A DNA stretch of 64,000 nucleotides, taken from positions 153,018,001 to 153,082,000 of the forward strand of contig NC_058368.1 of assembly GCF_018350175.1 (NCBI RefSeq). The letters are read 5' to 3'. Made by a program: the position numbers and the translations under genes. The notes below the pieces were generated by a model, which was not told where the DNA came from, searched no databases, and saw only the letters and a program-made list of their open reading frames with translations. The DNA is from Felis catus (taxonomy: Eukaryota). Shown piece by piece: positions 12,848 to 23,449 of this stretch (position 1 is the first letter of the stretch; each line of letters starts with the position of its first letter).

Positions 12848-13537
12848 GTAAGTACATCCAGGCACAACTCATTTAGCCTTTTTAGCCTTTTGTACCCAGA
12901 CAGCTTTAGTAGTAGATGGTGAAACAGTTGGCGAGGTGGTATGACTAAAGGAGGAATACCAGGAAGACCTTGCATTCCTCCCAGATTGTCTGCATCTCTG
13001 CTTCCTCTAATTATCCCTTTAAGTAAGAAACTATTACCTTTCCAGTTCCCTTGATAGATGCACTTTTCTCAGGTGAGTTGATGTATTAGATGGTTCACAG
13101 TAATTTGTACTTTAGCATAATTTAGTTTATTAGATTGAGACAAAAATACCTAGCGAAATCAGGGAACTATGAAAATTTTGATAAAGAATAGAATCAATGA
13201 AAAATATGGAGTATGGCATATTATCTAAGGACTCTGATATTTATTTGGGGGTGGGGGGATTGGAGAAAATGATAGTTACTGACATCCATAGCATCCTTAA
13301 ATACCAAAAGACTGTATCAGAGTGAATGGAAAATGTCTGCAAAAGTACACAGGAAAGAGACAGGGTCAACTACAACCTTCTTGTATATTCTTACTAAAGT
13401 ATACTAATAGTCTTAAAATGTAACAAATTTGTATATACACACACATATACATGCCTTAATCCTGAATCTGGTATCTTATGTCTTTGAGGACCACCCAGCT
13501 CTTTTTATTGACTCCACACGCAGGGAAAAAAAAATTA

Positions 13538-13745
13538 GGGGTACCTGGGTGGCTCAGTCAGTTAAGCATCCGACTTGATCTTGGCTTGGGTCATGATCTC
13601 GTGGTTCTGGAGTGCAAGCCTCACCTCAGGATCTGCACTGATAGAGTGGAGCCTGCTGGGGATTCTGGCTCTCCCTCTCTCTGCCCCTTCCCCACTTGCA
13701 CGCTCCTTTGCTCTCTCGAAGTAAATAAATAAACCTAAAAAACCT
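13538..13745 (+). mobile_element. CanSINE (older subfamily)
   Basis: ggggtacctgggtggctcagtcagttaagc head and aataaataaa tail. Confidence 0.9.
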
Positions 13746-14552
13746 TTATAATATTAAAGTTTAATCAGCTCCCTTGGTGTAATGAGGATTAGAGGGGAAA
13801 AGTAACATTTCTAAATAGAGAATAGCTTATTCACAATCTTAAGAAGATAGTATTACCTAATTATCTCACAGGTTATTATTATTATTATTACTAGTTAATA
13901 GATGTGAATAATCTTTAAATGTAAAAGTAGTATATAAGCAGAAGTCATTTCAGTACCATTATTGCCCCTGATCAGTTATAATTATCTATTAATAATTAAT
14001 AAATACTTATTATTGAGGTATGCAAATATATTTCACAAATGGGCAGTCACACACACACATATCCCCCACTACATTCAACCAAGGAAACTAGCTATGTGAT
14101 ACGCACACACCCACTGAGATGCCATATATAGTCATTTTTTATTAAGATTCAGTAAGATTCCCTCATACTGTTTACCTTATAGCATTATAACGTATTTGTG
14201 CATATAAAATTCTAAAAGCCTAATCTTCTAGAAGGGAATTATGGTGTCTTTTCAAAATTGTGTTGTGACATTTTGTTACCCCTGACATTAATTTAAATCT
14301 TGGGCAGCCAGGATTAGTGTCAGAAAGTTCGGCATCATTCTTTGTCTAATACAAAGCAACCATGAGACAAGTCCTGGCTGCCAGCTGCCCATCCCTTTCA
14401 TGAGCTTCCTGGCAACACAGGACTTACTTGGCAGCAGTTTTAGCATTAACACATGTCCCCATCCAGCCTTGGTAAATGGAACCTGATAAAAGTGATATTA
14501 ATTAGAAGGAACTCTCTTGGTGCTTCTAAAGGGATTTTTAAAGAGAGAAATA

Positions 14553-14808
14553 GGGGCATCTGGGTGCCTCAGTCGGTTAAGCATCCAACTTCTGCTCAGG
14601 GCACGAGCTCACCCATGACTCAGGTCATGGCTCATGGTTCACGATTTTGAGCCCTGCATCGGGCTCTGTGCTGACAGCTCAGAACCTGGAGCATTGCTTC
14701 AGATTCTATGTCTCCCTCTCTCTCTCAAAAATAAATCCCCTCCCCTGCTCATGCTCTATCTCTCTCTCTCTCTCTCAAAAATAAATAAAACATTAAAAAA
14801 ATTTTTTA
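14553..14808 (+). mobile_element. CanSINE with two internal insertions
   Basis: TSD aagagagaaata. Extra ~24 nt near 14595-14618 and a premature ctctcaaaaataaat near 14721-14737. Confidence 0.9.
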
Positions 14809-15439
14809 AGAGAGAAATAAACTATTGTACAAGAATGTCCAAGTCAACTGAATGTTAAAATATTTGCTTTCTGAGGCTTTTGCAAAAAGTTTTTTATTAT
14901 TGGCTCAATTATAAGTAAAATGCAAAATACATTAACCTCTACCTGGTTTTCATATGTTAGGGATTATTAGACCAAAGTGACTAACTTTTGTCACTCTTAC
15001 AGGTTACATTGATCCTCCATTCACTTAGAATTCCTAAATCATCCCTATGTAAATTTGTTACAGTTTTACTTCTGTATTTTCATTATCACTTTAATTTCAG
15101 TATAAGGATACAAATTATGATATGATTTATGTAAAATATTTTGTACTTATAACATCATGTAAAAACTTTTATCTAGCGGTAATGATAGGATTTGTGGTTA
15201 TGGGGAATAGCTGCTCATCTGTCATGTAGTGGTTACTTCACAGTAACAAAAAACGTCTTTCTATGAAGAATTTTCTCTAATGCATCCATATATCCAGTTA
15301 TTATTTTTAAATGTTTTTCTCAAACTTTGGAACCTAGATTATGATAATTTTATAAAACAGGTGAGAAGCGATCTCTTTTCTCCTATTAGCTGGAAAGGTT
15401 TTCAAGTTTGCTGTTATTTCTTCTTTGTTTTTGTGTTTT

Positions 15440-15547
15440 TTTGTGTGTTTTTTTAAAGTAAGCTCTGTGCCCAACACGGGGCTTGAACTCACGACCCCCG
15501 AGATTAAGAGTTGCTTGCCCTACTGACTGAGCCAGCCAGCACACCCT
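15440..15547 (-). mobile_element. Short tRNA(Lys)-like carnivore SINE (no CT tract)
   Basis: ...gagattaagagttgcttgccctactgactgagccagccag; same family as 39822, 42255 and 43787. Confidence 0.8.
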
Positions 15548-15594
15548 TCTTCTTCCTTAGTATTTTAGAAGACTTTACACATGAAGCTAGCTAG

Positions 15595-15671
15595 GCTGTT
15601 TTTGTTTTTGTTTTTTGTTTTTTTGTTTTGTTTTGGTTTTTTTTTGGGGGGGGTGCAAGTGAGCAAGGAGC

Positions 15672-15704
<33 letters not shown>

Positions 15705-15847
15705 AAAGCAGAGCTGACCAAAGCAGGGCACGAGCTCACCCAATACAGGGCTTGAGCTCACAGGATGTGGGACTCTAACTCGCAAACATGAGATCATGAC
15801 CTGAGTCGAAGTCAGATGCTTAACCGACTGAGCCACCCAGGTACCTT
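15595..15847 (-). mobile_element. CanSINE variant with internal ~21-nt tandem units
   Basis: Repeated (g/a)caggg..gagctcac units; (TTTTTG)n-derived tail. Confidence 0.85.
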
Positions 15848-16309
15848 ACAGGAACACTTTTAACTACAGGTTTATTTTCTTTAAACTATATGGAACTATT
15901 CATATTTTTTGTATCTAGTTCTTCCTGTATCATTTTGGTAAATCTTTTTTCTATGAATGTTTTCATTTCACATCGGTATTATAATTTTTTAATGTTTATA
16001 AGATCTACAGTAATGAAACTTTTTTCATTCTTGTTATTGATAATTTGTGTCTTTTCTTACTTTTTTTTCCCCTCTCTTGATCAGTCTTGCTGAGGGTTTA
16101 TTAATATTATTTTTCTTTCCCCAATCTAGCTTTTTACTACTGGATAATCTCTATTATGCATTTGTTGTCAGTTTCATTTTAACTTCATCAATTTCTACAC
16201 TCATTTTTTTATTACTTATACTGTCTGGGTTTTATCTGATTTTTTTCTTTCCTTTTTTTTTTTTCCTCTTATTGTATGCCAGGCAGTATGCATTTATTTT
16301 GTTTATTTT

Positions 16310-17112
16310 GTTAAAAATTTCCTGGGCTTCGTGGAGGTACAGTTGACATATATTATTGTGTAAGTTTAAGGTGATGATTTGATACATCACTTGCAAAATG
16401 ACTGCTACAATAGAGTTTTAGTTAACACTTCCATCACCTCACATAATTAACCTTTTTAAATGTGTGTGATAAAAACATTTAAGATTTACTCTCTTAGCAA
16501 CTTTCAAACGTATAATACACTATTGTTCTCTGTAGTCATTATGCTATACATTGAATCCCCAGAACTGACTCATCTTATAACTGAAAGTTTGTACCTTTTG
16601 ACCAACATCTCCCCATTTCCCCCAACCGCAGCCCATGGCAACCAACACTCTACCCTCTGTTTTTATGAATTTGGCTTTTTTAGATTCCTCATATAAGTGA
16701 GAATATACAGTATTTGTCTTTCACTGTCTATCCCTGATGCCCTCAGGGTCTATCCATGTTGTTGCAAATGGCAGGATTTTCTTCTTTTTCATGGCTCAAT
16801 AAATTCTATTGCACTGATATAAAAAAATATTTGTGTGTATGTGTGTGTGTTATGTACATACATATCACATTTTCTTTATCCATTCATCTAGAGACAGACA
16901 TTTAGGTTGTTTCCATATCTTAGCTATTGTGAATAATACTGCAGTGAAAATGGGAGTGCAGATCTCTCTTCGAGATCCAGATTTCATTTCCTTTGGATGT
17001 ATACCCAGAGTTACAATTGCTAAATCATATGATAGTTCTGTTTTTAATTTTTTGAGGAACCTCAGTACTGTTTTCTTTAGTGGCTGTGCCAGTTTACATT
17101 CCCACCAACATT
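16310..17112 (-). mobile_element. LINE-1 3' end (3' UTR plus end of ORF2), older
   Basis: atttactctcttagcaactttcaa; tccatgttgttgcaaatggcaggattt; tttacattcccaccaaca. Confidence 0.9.
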
Positions 17113-18024
17113 CTGTGATCTTTCCTTTCTTCTGCTAACTTTGTGCTTATTTTATTCTTTTTTGCTAGTTCCTTGAAGTGTTCTTAATTTGTTAGGTTGT
17201 TAATTTGACACCTTTATTTTTTCCTAATGTTGGCATTTATCACTATAAATCTCATCTTAGAATTGTTTTGGGATGTTGTGGGGTTTTTTTTCCAAGACAT
17301 TTTTTTATTTCCCTTTTGATTTCTTCTTTTACCCATTTGCTATCAGGAGTATAATTTTAATTTCCACATTCTTGTGAAATTTCCAGTTTTCTTCCTGTTA
17401 CTGATTTCTAATTTCATATCATTGCCGTTGGAAAAGATATTTGGTATGATTTCAATATTCTTAAATTTGTTAAGACTTGTTTTGTAGCCTAATATATGGT
17501 CTATTCTGGAAAATGTTCTATGTGCACATGACAAAAATGGATATACTGCTACTTTGGATTGAATGTTCTGTATATGTCTTTAGGTCCATTTAGTCTAAAC
17601 TATAGACTAAAGTTCAAGTCCAACATTTCCTTATTGATTTTCTTAATGGAAGACCAATCAATTGTTGAAAGTGGAATATTGAAGTTCCCTACTATTATCC
17701 TATTGTTGTTTATTTTTCCCTTCATATCTGTTAACATTTTCTTATATATTTGGGTGCCCTGACATTGGGTCTGTATGTATTTATGATTGTTATATACGTT
17801 CTTGATAAATTGACCCTTTATCATTATTATATCATGGCTTTCTTTATCACTTGTTATACATTTTGAGTTGAAGTTTATTTTGTCTGATATAAGCGTAGCC
17901 ATCCCTGCCCACTTCTGGTTTCCACTTGATGGAATATCTTTTTCACTTTTTTACTGTAAGCTTATGTATGTCCCTGGAGCTGAAGTGACTCTCGTATAGG
18001 CAGCATATCATTAAATCTTGTGGT

Positions 18025-18464
18025 TTGGTTTTTTTTTTTTTTTTTTTTTTAATGTTTGTTCATTTTGAGAAAGAAAGAGCGTCAGCAGGGGAGGGTTAGA
18101 GAGAAAGGGAAGCGCAGAATCCAAAGCAGGCCCCAGGTTCTGAGCTGTCAGCACAGAGTCTGATGTGGGGCTCAAACTCATGGACTGCAAGATCATGACC
18201 TTAGTTGAAGTCAGATGCTTAACCGACTGAGCCACCCAGTCCCCCTGAGACTTTTTTTAAATTGTTTTTTTTGTTTTTTTTATTTTAAGAAAGAGAGCAA
18301 GCATGAGTGGGAGAGGGGGGCAGAGAGATTGGAGGGAGATAATCCCAAGCAGGCAGCACACAGCACAGAGCTGGACAGGGGCTCAAACTCACAAACCATG
18401 AGATTGTGACCTGAGCTGAAATCAAGAGTCTGACTCTTGACCGACTGAGCCACCCGGGCACCCC
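18025..18464 (-). mobile_element. Two tandem CanSINEs (18025-18245 and 18252-18464) nested in L1
   Basis: Two successive ...tgagccaccc termini; flanks tcttg(t/g)..tt. Confidence 0.9.
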
Positions 18465-19084
18465 AGCTCTTGTTTTATCAATCTATTCAGCCACTCTACC
18501 TTTTAATTGGAGAATTGGGTTCATTTACATTTAGAGTATTTATTGATATGTAAAAACTCACTAATGCCAACTTACTGTCTTCTGGCTGTTTTGTAGTTCC
18601 CGTATTTCTTTCTTCTTTCCTTGCTATCTTCTTTTACTAATTAATGGTTTTCCTTAGTGGTACACTTTGATTCCCTACTCTTTATCTTTTGTGTATCTAC
18701 TGTAGGTTTTTGTTTTATGGTTACCATGAGGCTTCCATAAAACCTCATCTAGATATAACTATTTTATGCCGACAACTTAAAACTTCAGTCACTTGCACAA
18801 ACTCTGCCCTTCCACTTCACCCCTCTCCTTTTATGTTTTGATGTTAAAACTTACCTCTTGTTAAATCATGTTTTCATTTGAAATTTAATGTAGCTGTAGT
18901 TACTTTCAATCCTTTTTTTTCTTTAACCTTCATACTAGAGTTATATGATTATCATACCATGATATTATTGAGAATTCTGAATTTGACTGTATAGTTATCT
19001 TTACTAGTATACTGTATATTTTCACATGTTTTCAGGCAACCAGTTAACATCCTTTCATTTCAGCCTGAAGAACTCCTTTCACCT

Positions 19085-19304
19085 TTTCTTTTCCTTTTTC
19101 TTCTTTCTTTGTGTCTTATTTTAGAGAGAGTGCACACATGCAAGCAGGGGAGAAGGGCAGAGGGAGAGAAGGAGAATCTTAAGTAGGCTCCACACTGAGC
19201 ACAGAGCCTACAGCAACACAGGGCTTGATCTCACAACTGTGAGATCATGACTTGAGCTGAATCGAGAGCCAGATGCTCAACCAACTGAGCTACCTAGGCG
19301 CCCC
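19085..19304 (-). mobile_element. CanSINE nested in L1
   Basis: TSD tttcaccttttct. Confidence 0.9.
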
Positions 19305-19689
19305 TCTTTTCACCTTTTCTCATAAAGCAGACCTAGTGGTGATTTCATCCTTCAGCTTTTATTTGTGTGGGAAAATCTTTATTTCTCCTTCATTTCTGAA
19401 GAATAATTTTGCTGGGTAGGGTATTCCTGATTAGCACATTTTTTTGCTTCCAGCACTTTGAATATATCATCCCACTCACTCTCTCCTGGCCTGGAAGATT
19501 TGTGCTTAGAAATCCTCTGATAGCATTAAGGGGAGTCCTTTGAAAGTTATAAGCTTCTTTTCTGTCTCTGCTTTTAAGATTCTCTTTGTCTTTGATTTTT
19601 CACAAGTTTATTATAATGTGCTTTGGAAAAGCTGAGTTTGTTTAGGGACCTATATTATATATTCAGAAGTCCAATAAACATCTTTACCA

Positions 19690-20450
19690 GAATGACGCAT
19701 AGCTATCTTATCTTTAGCATGTTCAAAATTGATCTTCTAAATGTGTGCTTTGACCTGTATTTCCTAGGAAAGTTCCACCATCCGCCCAGGTACCCAAACT
19801 GTGAACTTAAGAGTTTTTCTACTTCTTTTTTCTTACACTTCACATGCTATTAGTCACAAATTATTTTCTAGCCTAACTCCTACATGTCTTCCTAATTTAC
19901 CTTCTCATTTTCATCTTCATGTCTTATTTCATCACTGTCTCTTCAGTTCAGTTCTGTCATCTTCGTCTGGTCTTTTGGGTTGCCTTCTAGCTTGTATTCC
20001 CATCTCTAATTTCTTCCTTTTTAAATCCATCCACTAAATTCTGAAATATGGAAATGATCATATCACTCTGATGCTTTGAAACCCAACAGTTGCTTTTCAT
20101 TACCTTCAAGTTCATGGACTGATAGGTCATCCATAGTTGACACTAACCTGCTGAACCAGCTTCATTTAGCATCCCTCACACCCATCCTCCCCAATTACCT
20201 TTGTAACCGAATCATTCATTTGATATCTCCAATGGTCTCTTGTGCCTATACCTTTGAATGTATCTTCTATGTCTCAAATGGTTTTCTTTGCTTTTGTCTG
20301 CCTAGAAAATATCTATTATTTTCCTCTAAACATCAACTTGAATATCAGCTCTGTCAAGGATCTAGTTTCAGATTAAAATACTACCTCTTAAATGTAGCCT
20401 TGATAGACTCAGAACTTGTCATAAATCCTATGATTTAGCAACCATAGTAT
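19690..20450 (+). mobile_element. LINE-2 fragment
   Basis: tttagcatgttcaaaattgatctt...ccatccgcccaggtacccaaact...gatcatatcactct; boundaries approximate. Confidence 0.55.
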
Positions 20451-21797
20451 ATTATGAACACTTGATTATGTCAGCCATGTTCATTGAAATTCAGAGTAGA
20501 GATCAGTGATTAATAATTGGTAACATATGGTAAAAGTTACTAAATTTTTGAAGGATACAGGGCATAATTTACTCTTTAATGTAAGTATCTGAACCGAAAA
20601 AAGGAAAGCCTTAACAACCCAAGCTAAGTGTATACAAAGGAGGGTTTAGAGATAACTTTCGTGCTTTCTCTATGCAGTAACATGTATATAATAAAATTTT
20701 GCACAATCATATGATTATGAAAATGTATCTAAAAGTACTTGGAAGTGACCAAATAATACTGTATCTCAACACTTTAAATACTACATAAGAACGGTGATAT
20801 TTTATAAGAAAAAAACTTTCTTATACATACATAAAGGGTCAAATTGTAATTTACCAAGACTAATGGATTTTTTAATCTAGGTTTAAGACACACAACATGA
20901 TCTGGAGAAAGGTCCTACAGAGACTATAAAATTGTAAGTTTGCTTTTGTCTGTAAAGTAGAAAATCCAGTATAGACTTGTTATTGCTCCTTTGTCACTGA
21001 GTCAGATGATCTTATGACTGTATGAGGAATCATACTATACTCAAAGTTAACAAAAGAAGGCTTCCTATACCTTTAACATTTTCTTAAAGACATCTTCATC
21101 ACTTTTTGAAATTAGTGCTAGAAATTTTTCCAGCTTTCTTTTTATCTTATAATTGAACAGTGCTGAAATAAAATAAAGTCAAAGTAAAGGAAATCAATCA
21201 ACTTTGATTGATTTCCATTGGTTACCAGAAGTCATTCTATTGAGAGTACCCAGAGGTAGTTTCTATTGAGTAGTTTATAGAGTATCCTTGGAAGTAGTCA
21301 CCCATTTTTCTTGGATTCACTTCTTGGCTACTTGAGAAAAAAGAAACAAGCTAAAGAGAAATCTTTAGCCTGTTCATGCAAAGGGCAGAGGGAAGAGAAT
21401 ATGGAACTAAGTCAAGAGCCAGGGTGGAAGCAAAAGGAATATAGCCCTGAGAATTATCCCTAAATCGATTAAAAAAAAAAAAAACACATTAATTTGAGTC
21501 TACAACTCTGTGGCTAGGAATGGATAGAGTGATTGAGAATCAGTGTCCGAGTCATGCCATATAGAGAAGAGGACAGTGAAGGCTTTCTTATCTCAGGATT
21601 CCTACCTTTCAGCTGCAAGACCCTGACACATCAATAAATGTCAATAGCAGTAAAACTGACATAATAATGAAGATAGATTGGTTTGTACTTCCAAACACTT
21701 GCTTTTTTCTTTCTTGCTTGCTAATTCATATGAATTCAAACTTAAGAAAAAAATCAACATATACCTATAGGCCTAAGTGAATTCTCATCTATTTAAG

Positions 21798-22273
21798 CTA
21801 AGAATTTGTTTGCTCATAGTGAAAAAATGCATAACTTAATTTTAAAATTGCTTACAGTTTTTTTTAATTTTTTAGTATTTCAGTTTCTCAGTTTTTAGCA
21901 TATTTTACTCTTGATATTTTGATCTTTTTTTTAAACAAATCTTAATTACAACCTCTTCTGATTATCCTGATCCTGAGCTGAATTACCCATTTTATAAATT
22001 ATTCAATCCTCTGAAAACAATCTAATTTAGTTAGCTATATTAGGAGAAATTGTTGTTAATATAGAAGACAAATCTGTATGCTCTAAATTAGAACTAAGCA
22101 GAAGTAATAGTGGTCTATTGCAAGTATGATCACATGAGAGTCTTTATTTTATTAAATTACTTAAAAAGAGAATCATGAAAAAATGATTATAAATATAGAG
22201 AGCCTGTTTACTTATTGTCTAAGATTAGAGAATATTGACATAAATGAATGCAGGAGCAGTATTATCAGGATCT
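21798..22273 (+). repeat. Donor copy of a ~0.5-kb local direct duplication
   Basis: Matches 26586-27095 by direct reading. Confidence 0.95.
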
Positions 22274-23125
22274 CTTCATAGATTTGTTCAGGTAGGGGGT
22301 GTATTATTACACATGGGTGTACACACACATATACACACACACACGCACATAACATATGAACATAGAGATAGCTGCTTTAGACTAGCATTTTCCATTTATT
22401 CAGAGCTCCAAAATAAAGAGATATTGGAAGTATACTTTCATTTAAAATCTTAGAATCCCAGAACTGAAGGGTTGGAAAATATTTTCAAGCTTGCCTTAAT
22501 AAAGTCCTCAAAAACATCATGATTAAAACCCCTGTTCAAAGTATCTTGAACTTCTTATCCCAAATATTCAGTTTATTTGACTTTTTATGGGTACTGATTA
22601 ACAACCTACTCTGCTAATCTTATCTCATTCCCTTATCTTGTGTTAGCTTTATCTCTCCTAGCAACAACCTTAGCTTTTGTGACTACTACTTTATCTCTCT
22701 GAGAAACATTCTGCCTGGTGCCTTGAGTGACATCCCTCATGGCTTCTGAGTCCCTGGATTCTTCTCTTTACAAGCAAGGTGGAACCTGGACAAAAGAGAA
22801 CTTTATAAAGCATTGAATCCAGTCCCCATGCAATCTTTGAGTAATCTTTACAGCATTGCAGACCAATGTTCATTCATTTTATAGTTTAACTCATCTGTGA
22901 AAAAGAATGTATTTCCTCCCAGGGCTTTCTTACGTAGAGTAAAAAAATCTCTTAGATTCTGTCTCAATGAATGTCTGATTGCTGAGTTCATACCAAAAAA
23001 CAAACAAGAAACAAAAAATAACTTGGTATTTTCCATGTGATAATCCTTCAGTGTCACAGTTTTCTTTTTTTTTTTTTTTTTTTTTCCAAGCTGAACATTT
23101 CTGATTTGTTCAAATATGTCTTCAT

Positions 23126-23362
23126 GGGGCACCTGGGTAGCTCAGTCGGTTAAGCATTAAACATCCAACTCTCTTGATTTCAGCTCAGGTCATGATCTCA
23201 TGGTTCGTGGGATCAAGCCCCAGATTGGGCTGTGCCCTGGCAGCATGGATCCTGCTTGGGATAATCTCTCCCCCTCTCTTGCTTATGCTTGCTGCTTATG
23301 CTCCTTATGCTTGCTCTCTCTCTCTCTCTCTCTCTCTCTCAAAATCAATAAACTTAAAAAAT
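23126..23362 (+). mobile_element. CanSINE
   Basis: ggggcacctgggtagctcagtcggttaagc; (CT)n; degenerate TSD atatgtc(t/c)tc. Confidence 0.9.
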
Positions 23363-23449
23363 ATATATGTCCTCGTATAGTGTGCTTTTGCATCTTTTCA
23401 CTATCTCAGTAGCTCTCTTCTAAACTTATTCTGTCTGTATCAGTCTTTT

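Larger units (their letters stand above)
17113..19640 (-). mobile_element. Old LINE-1 fragment (ORF2 endonuclease region and ORF1 end), interrupted by SINEs
   Basis: Minus-strand ORFs show L1 endonuclease motifs IIVGNFNIPLS (17600-17902) and TFSRIDHILG (17343-17534); many frameshifts. Confidence 0.9.
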
